A stretch of 59,923 nt of DNA, counting the filler, from Sphacelaria rigidula (Eukaryota), in the NCBI GenBank assembly GCA_964200075.2. It is 5 parts of 5 records of this genome, joined end to end, with 100 filler letters (N's around TTAATTAATTAA, not from the genome) between each part and the next. Parts side by side here need not be neighbours in the genome. Positions count along the whole stretch, not along the records: positions 36,018 to 47,920 come from CAXNAA020004353.1; 4 more parts are not named here. One strand, written 5' to 3'. Positions within the stretch are counted from its first letter, which is position 1; each line of letters opens with the position of its first letter. This document shows, in pieces, positions 36,100 through 48,020 of this stretch. The notes under the pieces are model-generated. The model ran no database searches. It saw nothing but the letters and a program-made list of their open reading frames with translations, and had not been told where the DNA came from. The position numbers were made by a program, and so were the translations under genes.

Positions 36100-38210
36100 G
36101 GTGTGGCGTCGTCTGCGTCCCGTTTGGAGCTGGGGAGCGAGAACGACACGCGACGTGAACCGCGTGATGGAGCACGCGCCACCCGGGTTTGCTCCGCGGA
36201 CTCGCCGCCGGCCGGCCCTCATTTGATTTGGTCATTCCTCGCTCCACCGGGCGTCGGGATCGCTTGCTGTGGGGCGGGGAAAGGAGTAGGGGTAGCATAC
36301 GCCCATGTTACGTGCCTGGTCGCAATAGTTTATCCTGTTTTCGTCATCACTCTCACAGCATCGCGCGGGTATTCTGGGGCTGGGCCGAGGTACCAGCACC
36401 TCTGAGCTTTTCGCTGTAACTTATCTGTCGTCTGAACCCTACAAAATCCAGGCTTTGGAAAAGGCAGAAGGTTGTTTGCCGGTGGTACTCCATGCCACAT
36501 TTTATGTGACGTCTTGTTGCCCGGGTTAGCCGAGGTCGCGGTGCAGTTCAAAGCATGGCATGCCCAGTTAGCTTGTTCCACCCACAGATTCTTGCTACTC
36601 GAATTATTGTGATTCGGGTACGTTTCCGATGCCTGAATTTTTGCGACAAGGCCAGCCGACTTGATGATGCCAATTGCGCGTTCCGCTACACCGTTATACT
36701 GTAGGGAGTCAGCAGTTGTTTTCTCTTGATCGCTTCTCTCCTTATCGCATAGTTCCTCGAAGGCACCCTCCGAGAATTCACCTCCACCATCACTGCGAAC
36801 CTTCTCAATTTTTCGCAGGTGGATCTCTGCGATGTACTTACTTCAGTACTGTACCGCCTCGTTCTTTGTGCGCAGAAAATACCATCTAGCATACCGCGAC
36901 CAGCCATCACGTACTATCATCATGTACCACTTTCCACCCCGAGATCTGAGTGGTTTTGGCCCTGTAAGATCGACAAACACTCTGGATGCGAGCTCAACTG
37001 CTCGTGTATGAGTCGATCTTGGAATGAGCCGTCGCAGTGCTTTCCCTTCCGAGCATCCTCGGGACAGTCTCAACTTGCCGCGCAGCGCCACTCCGAGCGA
37101 CTCCGCTGTCTGCCGGAACGGGTCCTTGTGGGCGTGCGCGTGTTTGCAGTGAAAGTCGTTGATTGATATAATCAACTTGGGGGTTTGGTAGTTTTCCCGG
37201 GGCAATCACAGCGCATGCTGCCCATGCTTGTCATGACCGTTTGGATAAATGCGTTGGGCGCACATTTTCAATTGTCTGTGCTGACCGGGGATTTCCGGGG
37301 TGTTGCCTGACTTCAACTCAGCCCGGAGGCCGTCACAAGACTCGATGTAGGTGTGTCCTGCATTAGAAATCCTGGTCAATGACGACATATGGTGACGGAC
37401 GCAAGGTGCGTGGTCTACATTTTTGAAATGTAAAACTACATCACATCCGTCAGATCGTATACAGAGAGTCAAATCACCTCTCCCCACGATCGGGTAGGTA
37501 CCACCGGCCGCGCACCGCAGTACCCTATCACTGCATTTTCTGTAATCCGTGATATTACTCGAATCAGGTGAAAAATGCGAAGTGGCCCCCGTGTCGAGCA
37601 CCCACGGTTCGCCCTCATCTGACTGCTCTGAACTCCCCATCCCAGTAACAAACACACACTCGCCTGTGTTGTCTTCGGCCATCGTCATGTCGGTGCTGGT
37701 GGACGTTTCTGCATCAGCATCCGAATATACGGAGTCGTCGTCGACGAAGTCTTACACCAGCACTTTGACAGTCAATCAGCTAATGTCCTCTCTTACCGCA
37801 CCTACCGCAATACCTGTCGGGACAGCCTCTCGCTCGATGTGAAGTCATCTTTTGACAAATGTGGCATCTCCGCGTCGTCGCAGCCCCCGACTGGCTCGTT
37901 GACGATAAAGCCGGCGACTGGCTGTTTTTGCCCGAGCCCCCGTCGCCTCCGCGACCTGGGACCTGGGTCTTCCCTGGTTTGCCTTTCCGGCGTTTTGGGT
38001 TCGCCGGTTTGGCCCTTGACGACAAGGGCCTGGTCACCTGAGGAGACCTTCCTCCCCTCAGCGAGTTCCTGCTAAAAAAGTGCCGGTTCGAAACATTTTC
38101 GCACCGACGCCACCACGACTTCCCTCGTGAGTGGCCCCTCTCGCTCCTCCAGCGCTTGCTTCTGGTGATAATACTCACCGGGAAGCGCCTTGACAAATTT
38201 GAGGAGGGTA
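36100..38210 (-). mobile_element. pol: Ty1/Copia fragment: gag zinc knuckles, protease, GAG-pre-integrase, integrase (decayed)
   Basis: CHICQKMTSHRARGC..CGRCGKRGH; WVLDTGATSHF; INDFHCKHAH..RVFVDLTGP..YMMIVRDGWSRY..YFLRTK; WACHALN..TDKL..CWYLGPA. Confidence 0.92.
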
Positions 38211-39419
38211 TGCGCCTCCGTCAGGTTGATGTTGGCAGTGTTGCGCCAAAAGAAAAAAAAACATTTGTTTCAGAACAGAGTTTGACCGCTTTTCCCCCTT
38301 GTGCGCACTGCTGCAACGCACAACACCAGAGACAGTAATGTGGAACTGTTGACTGTGGTTCTCATAACTTATGACCGAAGTTACAGCACCTTTCACCGTC
38401 TACAGCGCGCGTATGGCCGTGCGTCATGAACTGCGCACCTCTGCAGACAATATGCCGGTCGGTACAATACCCATGGTCATTATTCAGAAAGGGTCACCGG
38501 TATCAGTTTGCTACAATATCGGCCGCCCAGCCGCTCAAGATGTCGAAGTTGGTGGACACGCGCGTGCATATATGCATTCATCTCTAGTCCGCAAAGTCTG
38601 GACTGTGGGATAGCTGCTCTGAGGGTGCATCGACGGCATCCCCCGAAATTGCTTGTAGCCATCTCAGTAATTTGTGCGGGACTCGATCGTGCGGACGCTT
38701 GGCGCACATGTTGCCTGTGTTGTGTCCGACTCGTGCGCAAAGTTTCATGAGGGAACGCGAAGTCGCAGGCGAGAAACCCATAACGAAAGTTGCTCTGAAA
38801 ATTGGTAGTTTACCGCAGGGCAGGATCCAAATAAACACGAGATTCGGTTACGCCCTAGTTACGCCGCATATCAGATCCGGTTACGCAGTATTACGCTACT
38901 GTCAAATGCAGTACAGGCAGTACAGACAGTCCATTGCATCACAATTATACTGCACTTTAATATGGTCGAGACTTAGTCTTCAAATTGAAAGCCACCAGCT
39001 GCGCCGCCAGGCCTGCATGCAAACGATCATGCTGTTCTCATTTGTGCTAAAAGCAATTGAGATTCTTCTTTTTCAGACGGATTGCACAGTCCACATACTA
39101 CACCCTAGGCGTGGTGACGGATGGGAACGCGAACCATGGCCGCCAACTATCGGCGTACCATGGGGCCCGCAAGGCACCCGTACCGAGCAACACCATACAC
39201 ACCACCGAACGCGGGACATAATCACGTTTACAGCCTGCAACTTGCGCCGACGATTCAGCCTCAAACACAGTTTTTCAGATATGCCGTGTGTTGGGCCGTA
39301 GGTCCTTCTCAGGGAGCTCCTGGCTTGTGTGGATTAGCCCTACTTCGGGGATCCTCTAAGCTGATATTTTATACGATGACTCTTGTACGCGAAAATCGGC
39401 ACACATTTTACTTTGTTTT

Positions 39420-40250
39420 CTTTTGGCGCAACACTGTGGTGTCATGTGATCGCAACTCTCTCGCCACTTCTTCCATCTCGATCAACTTTTGGACCGGATC
39501 ATCGCGAGCACCAATCTTCGCATGGTCATACGTGTCCAGTAGTGCTACCCTAGCCCCGTTGGTCTTGGGACTAAAACATTTATTTAACTCACGCCACACA
39601 GCTGCAGGAGGCGGAATCCGGAACAGAGTATCCCGGTCTCGTTTGTGTTCCAGGCTCGCCACCGACATCTGCCTTGCTCTGATGTTTGCAGCTACAGTGC
39701 TCTTTCCATGCCTTGCTTCAAGAAAACTCACGGACACCGCCGTGTTCCTCACCTCCACATCGTGCGAATTATTTTCTGACATGGTGAATATCCAGTCAAC
39801 TACTTCACTTGTTACAAAATTGATGAGCTCGTGTCCGCAGAGGTTCAACTCTGAACTCTTTCCAGAAAAATTTGATACAGTAGCCTTGACAACCGGCACC
39901 CCAGTAACATTTTGGACACTTTGTCTATTATGACAGGACACTGCGACGCACTCACTTGCGGCGTCTGCACCCCTTGCTCCGTCGCTTGCTGTCCTGTGGT
40001 CGCTCCCGCTCGGAGCTCCCTGCTCGCCCTCGCGGCTATGCCTTCGACCTTGAGGTGTGCTGTGGTTGGCTGAGCTGTCAGCCTGGTGCTGTTGTGTTGC
40101 TTGCTCTTCCTCGCTTTCGATGACGCCACTCCACCGCGCGCCCCCGGACTCTTGATCTATGCCGTCAACTCGACTGTAGTACAGTTTGCTTAGACTGTAC
40201 GTCTCTGACTAGATCAGTCAATGTGCTCAATTAATTACTGACATGGCCCA
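39420..40250 (-). mobile_element. gag: Ty1/Copia 5' gag region, probably the same element as 36100-38210, separated by an about 1.2-kb insert
   Basis: ..VWRELNKCFSPKTNGARVALLDTYDHAKIGARDDPVQKLIEMEEVARELR resembles Copia gag (UBN2-like); same strand and expected position. Confidence 0.65.
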
Positions 40251-42864
40251 TCATGTTTTCAAGTTGATTCGCCAGCCTGTCTATCCTTTCTTCAAAAGAC
40301 GAAACGTTACCATCGTTCCTTACCAAACTTGCCCAGTCGATTGATCACTAGTGTATTCCTTGGCTCAGGCGCAGGGTAGTGGTTTTATATCTTTTGTTAG
40401 AGAGCACCTAAGTAATACTGTAACTTCGGAGAGTGCTGAAGAAGAGGGAAGCTGGTGACAGTGGTCGGGTAGGCACAACGCGTGCATCCCGTTTTCCGTA
40501 CTGTACCACATTTGAACACACTTGACTGCCAGTACTCGTACGTCACCCCAATCCCCTATTCTACGGAGATCCAGCATTACTGAGTTTCTGAATCACTCGA
40601 ATCCAGAACGGCAGAGGCACTAGTGTTCTGTGCATGCTTCTGTTCTCCACCACCAAAGAAGGGGGGTCATATACCTGTTGCATCGCAATGCAAAGCCGGA
40701 ACTTCGGATCTCTGTGCTGCTTTTGTCTCTACGCCCAAATCATGACACGGTTCGATGTACCTGGTTGCCCAGGCTCCCACTTAGTAAGTGCTACGTATTG
40801 CACGCTCACACGTACGCGGCCCCCGTTCATTTTCAGAGCAGACCTTTGCGGGAATCGCATTCCTTAGTGGGTCATTTTGAACGACGCCAAGGTGGTATTT
40901 CAGGTATCGTTGCTCCTTGTGATGAGATGCAGAAAACGTTCCTAGACTTAAGACCGCTGGACGTCGCCGGCAAAGGTGCGCCGTATTTGTTACAGTACAT
41001 GTGAGGCGCCTTCCTCGCATCGATGGTGTAGGACAGCTTGTTTATTTCTTCATCCTACAGTGGGACACCGCAAATAATGCTGCCCAGCTATAGAATCCCT
41101 TGCACCCGCATGCGCACATCATTTTCGCACCTGAACTCTACAATATTTACACATTGCCCACAGCAGCATGCGTACTGCGAACCACGGGCGGGCGTGGGTC
41201 ATCACAGTCTACTCCGCAAGACCATATGAATGACTTCCCACGAGCGTGTCACATCCATGATGGCACCTCGACCCTTTTGGAACCCTCCCCTCCCGTCCCC
41301 GGGCCAGACGCCTCATTATTTCAAGTTGTGATGAAGAAAAAAAGATGGAAACAGAAAAGACCGACGACAACTATTTTCACTGTGGAAGACCAAATAAGAC
41401 TCCAGAAGCATACGGCATGGGCGTACCGAAAATGAAACCCCGGCGGTCGGGTTGGGTTTGTCCAATGATATCATGCGACGGGCGAAGAGTCTTCAACTGT
41501 ATGCATCGACAAAACTCTCCCAAAACAGTACACATTCCCATATCTGTGATTTTTGTCAGTGAGAATCCGTGGAATACCTCACGTCGAGTTCGGTGCGCGA
41601 ATATGTCACATTAGTATACTGGAACTTAGAGTGGCGCACTAGTATACTTGAAATTAGAGTGGTTCACCATTTTGGTGGGCTGCATCATCAAGAGTTGGCG
41701 AGCGTAGGAAGCCACACTATACGGCGACAATGATATGGTGGAGCAAGTAGAAATCCCGTCGCCACATGTGGCAGCGCTGACGAGCGACCCATATGCAATT
41801 CACGTTCAGCTGGAAGAGGTGGCTGAGGCGTACGGCCAGAACGCTGCTAGGCGTTTCGCTGAAAAAGTGCAAGAGCGGTCGGGGCAGCCCATTGCCCTCC
41901 GGCGCTCACCCGCCCTCCCGCTCGCTTACCGAACGTCAGCACAGTAACCGCAGCAAGAGGAAACGCTGCGAGGCACACAGGATCATGTGGAAGACATCAG
42001 GCGAACGTGATTGCCAGCATCCAGACAGGCCACAAACTGGCAAACGGTCGACAGCCGAGGGGGACAGCCTTCCGCAACCAGCCTAGCCCAACAAAAACTA
42101 CCACACTCAGTGAACACCCTTCACACTTCACTACAGTCAAGTATAACTGAGAAATGATATTACGGTGTTCCAAGCAAGAAGACATGAGGTGTGTAATATC
42201 ACTGCATGAAACCCCAACGCCGCCCACAGGACAGACGGTCCGAACGCGATAGCGCAAGCTGGAGTAAAGCACCTCACGCAGCACAAAGTGGAGCTCTGCA
42301 ACGTTCAGGTGTGATCAACCCGCATTATAGAGGTGGTGTCGTGGAAACGCACAGCACAAAGCGCAGGATGAGACATGCCGTAAGATCACAGCCTACGAAG
42401 TGACAGCCTGTATCGGATATGCCAAAGTAACGGCCCCCGCCTACGCTGCACCAGGAGTATGTATAACGGCGGGACACATGGTTTCCTCCTCGCCGTTGTG
42501 GAATGGTTAAAGCGCAGTTTGATGCCGTATAAACGCGGACGACGGAGTACAGTAACGTGCATGAAGTGAGTTTACACTCGCAATAAGCTGAAAATATCAT
42601 GACCACACACAGTGCAGAGAAGTAGATGAACACATCCTCACAGGGCCTGACGGTGACCGTCTCCGAATACAGACAGTAGACGGGGGCATAGCTGAGGCGA
42701 ATGTGCCGTCGACGTCGCCTTTTTATTGCAACTTCGGCGCATGCTTGCCATGATGTGGCACGAAGCATGTACTGCAGGTGCGATATGAAGATTGCTTCAC
42801 GAAAGGTCAGCCATGCACTCTGGCGGGGGTGAAAAAACACCGATGGGTCGAACAATCCGTTATA

Positions 42865-43643
42865 CCCTTAAAATAGAGAACCTTCTTTTCTTCCACGTTC
42901 CATCGACACGGGTCTGAAAAACACGCTTTGGGCGAATCGTGTCCTCAAAGGCTGTAGAAAAGCAACCATTTCTTGCCCGAAAAAACGTCAAATGTAAATC
43001 GTCAATTTCACCATCAACGGTTCCGAAAGGGTCAAGGCCGGATCTCCCGTTTGTGGACTTGAGGCCCGTGTCTGAACTATGCTCCTTCGTGTTGCCCGTC
43101 TGGTTATTATCTCTACTTCGGCAGCAGCGGCCCCTCGACGACATCGACATGGCCGCAATGATGGCCCGTTGCTACGTCGCCGGCGCCATCTTATTCCTCT
43201 GCTTAGCATTCAACGACACTAAAGAGTGAAGCTATGCTGGCAACACATGGCGTCAGACAGGCGGCACAGCCCTCGAGCAGATCACAAAGCACGCTATTTC
43301 TACCCATGTAAGCTATGGTCGATTTGCCGTGGCCAAAATGAAATATGCCAACCTGAAATATACCAGTGGGCAGCGAAGTAGTCCACCTGTAGTCCACCTG
43401 TAGGGAAGCTACGTGCTCATTTTGACGAATGTGATAAGTCAGAATCGTTATTCCGCGCCCTTCGAGCGTCATTCCTAGCTTAGAATCTTCCGCAGGAAAC
43501 TTCCACAGACACATGGTTAAGTTGGTGAGCTTCTCGGCTGCTTTGCGGACGGATCCCCCCCCCCCCGGGCACTGGAAACTTCTGAATGTCGCCGGGCTGT
43601 CAGCCTGTGAAACTGTTCCGAGGCGACGCTCGCTGTATGAGGG
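42865..43643. mobile_element. Non-autonomous piggyBac-like element, relative of 9738-10506
   Basis: Right end gctgtatgaggg|TTAA; shares gctgtcagcctgtgaaactgttccgaggcga with 10458-10490. Left end (tata|ccctt) is tentative but gives a similar length. Confidence 0.6.
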
Positions 43644-45559
43644 TTAATTTTCATACGATATATTGACGCAAATGGAATTAGTAAAACACACCGTAAACAG
43701 TTGAACGCCTGGCTTGTTCTGCATCGTAAGTTAACTTCCGGGGTCCATCCTGATGGCCGTTTATTGACGTCTTGCATTCTACCCATGGCGTTTTTTCCGT
43801 CAATGGCACATGTGCAATATCCTGGCTTATTAATCCTGGCCCAACCGTGTACTGTATGGCTAAGTCATCAATGCGAGCAGTATAGATCACGGGAGATCGG
43901 TTTCATTCCTTGCATGCGATACATTAGGTATGCTAATTCGCATGTGCTGTTGCGACGCAGTCGCCACGCGAGGGCGCAGCCCGATCTAAAATAGCTGCCC
44001 CTGCCGCTGACTGGCGAGGGGTGGGGAGGAACAGGTAGGAAAAAACGACGCGTGGTGGCATCAAACCGCATTTTGAAACTATGCTATGGGAAAGACTTCA
44101 AGGCGCTCCTACACCAAGACGAGGCCCGCTGAAGAATGCGCCACGACAGTTGCATTGCGAATCGGTAAAAAAACAATTGGATTCAAGGAAAAAGAGTACG
44201 GGCTGCGTCAGCAGTGAATCACGTATTCGTTTCCCACACTACCACAACTTATCAAGTTCTCCAAATCAACGCGACTTGAGCATATCGCTGTGAAGTGCAG
44301 ACCAACCTGGTAACACACGGCACCGCCGCTAAAAGAAGGGGAAAAAATGTACTCCATAATGTAGGAGCTTAACGACGGACGAAAAAAGAATCTGTCGGGA
44401 TTCGTACTCATGACCTCCATAATCGGAGTTTCCTGTATCACTTGAATTAAAGGGGGCGCGGCCGTGTCACACGAAAGGTGCGATGCCGCGCCCAATTTGA
44501 GGTATTTTTGGCTGAAGCTTTTACAGAATGTCATCGACGCGAGTGCCCGTATGTGTTGGAGCGTTGTCGTCGTTTTAATCATTTTTCGAGGGAGTTACAG
44601 CATTTTTCCTCTTTTTACTGAAAGTTCAACTCGCTCGAACTTCCTTTTTTTTTTTCTCCCTCTGCACCCCCAAAACGGTTGCTCAGGTTGATGATCAAAA
44701 GTGTCGTGTCAAAATTCTAGCGCCTAACTCTTCGAATCACCAATGACATCTCCACTCTTTGTTCAAAAATGACTGTCAGCTGGTCCAGCTCGTGTACCAA
44801 ATCTTCTTGATGGAAAAATCGACTGAGCTGAATCGGGTACCAATGATCAGAGGACAAAAGGCACACACACACATTTTGTACACGCACATGCACGCACGCA
44901 CGCACCGGAGAAGAAACAAGTTACTCCGTGGAAAATTCCATGACAAACACGCACACACATACCCGCTCGCCCCGAACAAAGTTACTCCGCATCAGACTTT
45001 CCGCAAGGTCTCCACCCCATAGCCCCCGCTCCAGTTTCCTACATCTGTGGGTTGTTTGGGAGGCCCCATCGAGGGGCCGACTCTGGCAGCGCAGTTATCC
45101 TCGGCGACATTTGCGATTCGAGCGCAGTTTGTTGCGTTATGCGCTTGAAAACTGAACGCAGAGGGCTATTAGGTCCTTTTCAGGGAACGTCCCGCGCTCA
45201 GCAAAACAGATGGGAAAATGTCCGTTTTTTGCGGGTTTTGAGAGTATGCTTTGGAAGCACTTCAAGAAAGAGTTCGCTACCCACTCTGTATTAGTGGTGT
45301 CGAGGTGTATATGTAGCGTTTGAACAGCGAGGGCGTTGCGTGGACGTACGGCTTCTCGATTAAAAGGGTGTATAGTATGTAATCAAGTGCATCAAGGTGG
45401 AGCATCACAGGAAAAAGAGGAAAATTATGCACGTTGTCCATGGTCAGAATGATGTCGAACAGTCCGCAGACATCTTTTGGGGCCCCAAATCATCCCGCAG
45501 CCCGATTCGCACATCTAACAGCTCACGAAGGAACCGTGATCGTGTACGCGAGGACAAAA

Positions 45560-46190
45560 CGACAGATCATCTTCGAAAATGAGGTTCAACATTCAATTTA
45601 GTTTCAACTCCACCACAGTGCTTTCCCTGACCTGAAGTCACGACAAATGACTTTCACATGAGCGACGTCATGCCCCCCATCTCCCTGGAACTATTTTTGG
45701 GGGTTTTCCGTCTTCCATTTGCCCCAGAAGGTATGTCTTAAATGCCGTGCTGGTGGGCAGCGAACTCTTCCTCGTGTAGACAAATGTGCGAAGATATCTT
45801 TTTGCCTCGAAAATTGTGCTTTTAGCCCGAAAATGGTGCTTTCGCACACACCCTTTGGGAAAACGGAAGACGGGAAACCTTCGGGAATAGTTTCAGGGAG
45901 TTCGGGGGTATGATGTCTATGTGCAAGTAATTTGTCATGACTTTAGGGAAGGGAAATCACTGTTGTTTTGGGTTTTAAACTCATTTTAACCCTTGGGGGA
46001 CCGAACCCGCACTAATCGGGGGTGAGTGCCCATCGTGACTCCGCTTTATTTTCACTCGAAAACTGACCGAAAGTGATGCCGATTCACGGAAGGACTGCCG
46101 CTGGCAGTCAAAAGGTTACAACTCAGGTTAGTGGGGGGTTCGACCCCAAAAGGGTTGATGCTCAACCTCATTTTCGAAGGTAATCTGTTG
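45560..46190. mobile_element. Long foldback element with a nested piggyBac MITE in its right arm
   Basis: acagatcatcttcgaaaatgaggtt vs aacctcattttcgaaggtaatctgt; cagtgctttccctgacctgaagtcacgacaaat vs atttgtcatgactttagggaagggaaatcactg. Confidence 0.75.
45990..46154. mobile_element. piggyBac-type MITE (165 bp)
   Basis: TTAA|cccttgggggaccgaacccgcactaa ... ttagtggggggttcgaccccaaaaggg|TTGA. Absent from the opposite arm of the host foldback. Confidence 0.8.
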
Positions 46191-47920
46191 AACTAGATTT
46201 CGCCTGCTGCGTCCTTGAAAACATGATCTTGAATCCGCACCCGAAAGCACGTGCATGCAACGAGAGGTACACACTGCATCTAGGGCCTCTCCAGCGACGT
46301 TCTTGCCACTCTCTAAAGCCCGTAGTTCGTTCTATTATTATGATGATGACACCCCCCCCCCCAGAACAGTCGAATGGGGACCGAGGCAAAATCTATCACA
46401 CGTAATTATCATGATCAATCACTGACGTTTTGAGCACCATGCATGTACTCGACTTATGTGATGAATTGTTAGCTGCCTCCTCAACGCGACGCACCAAAGA
46501 CACAGCAGGAGGAGGAACAATAAGCACGACGACACCCGCTCTACAGCGTATAGATGGCGACTATTATACTAGCCCATGGACGTTGAGCTTTGCGTATCGG
46601 GTGGTATTATCGCTCGATCGTCATGATCCTTCATGTTTTTTTGTACTCTCAGATTCCAGTGTTGCTCGTCTTTCTTGATTGAATGGTCATATTTACATAC
46701 ATCTTTCAGGTAAACTGCACAAAGAAATGAGTGACGCCGCGGTAGCCCCCCCCTCGACACACACACACACACCAGCCTCAAAACGACCGCGAAAGAAATG
46801 GCCATACAGCGCATAACACTTGTTTCAGACTGTACGAACTGCTTCCTTTCGAGAGTGTTTGCAGTGCTCAGCGCTCCTGAGTACCCATCGACCACCGACA
46901 ATACAGGGTATTCCAGGGTACCATGAGTATCGGCTGCCGACTTATCGAGTATTTTAGTGTAACTGAAGAATGGATTTTGATGTGTCGATTATATACTCGG
47001 TATACATACCAGAAAACCCGGAGTATTGACTACCGAAGAAATACTGAGTTTCCCAACGCATCATACCCCCTAGAGTGTCGGCATCATGGCTCACTCGTAC
47101 TCGACTTACAGACGAGAACATCTTCATGGTATTTATCATCCTCGGAGTCGTGGTATATACGGTGGGGGTGGTTGTACGTTTGGACTCAAACTTCCCCATC
47201 CAGGGCCTACTCCTCAAGTTAGGAGCAACACAAGAACATGGGCCAGGAGATCCGCGTTTTCAAACGCATTTGGGATATATACCTAGCCCATCCAATCAAT
47301 GTCATGCTAATTGTGGCGTGCTCCCACATAATTGACAAAAGCCGTTATATGGATGGGGTAAAGTGCTCCAAACAATCCCATCTTCGTAAAACATGTATTT
47401 GTACACCCCTTCCGAGTGATGCTACGATAGGGGGGGGGTGTTTGATTGCACAAAAACAGGGGCTCACGGGTCTATCACACGACCTAACTACTCGTGGTGT
47501 TCTTGCAATTGTGAGAACGGTACGGACGAGTGCGTCCTGTTGGCAACAGGCAACAGTGCATTCGTGAGATAAAGAGTAGAGGATACGATTGAGTGTGAAA
47601 AGCGGTCCATGAGTGAATCAATCGTCTCCATCCCGAAATGCCCCTTCACGAGGCCCGATCTCTTTCCGCAGCAGCTTGCCACTGAGGCCCTTGATATCCC
47701 TGAGTAGGATATCGACGGGAAGCTATGAGCACACGCCAGCGATGGAGACGAAGAAAAGCACACACGGAATGAAAAAAGGGCCAAGTTGAAGCGAATGATC
47801 AAAGCCCCTCTCAATCAGCGCTCTACTCAAAATCTCACGAAATCGTTCTTAGGCGCGTTCGAACAAATGTTACTGCTTTGAGCGACGATTGGAGGTGAAA
47901 TTTCGGGCAAGAAATCACCC

Positions 47921-48020
47921 NNNNNNNNNNNNNNNNNNNNNNNNNNNNNNNNNNNNNNNNNNNNTTAATTAATTAANNNNNNNNNNNNNNNNNNNNNNNN
48001 NNNNNNNNNNNNNNNNNNNN
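47921..48020. other. Artificial contig linker
   Basis: N44-TTAATTAATTAA-N44. Confidence 0.98.

Noticed and set aside
39121..39933. 270-aa plus-strand ORF
   Set aside because: Mostly antisense to Copia gag and spans the insert boundary; no recognisable domain.
41463..41736. 9-bp direct repeat caatgatat as the TSD of a 256-bp insertion
   Set aside because: No TIRs or other terminal signature inside; could be chance.
45614..45620. CACAGTG (RSS heptamer / Transib-like terminus)
   Set aside because: The partner end reads AACAGTG, the motif is internal to a longer foldback, and there is no 5-bp TSD.
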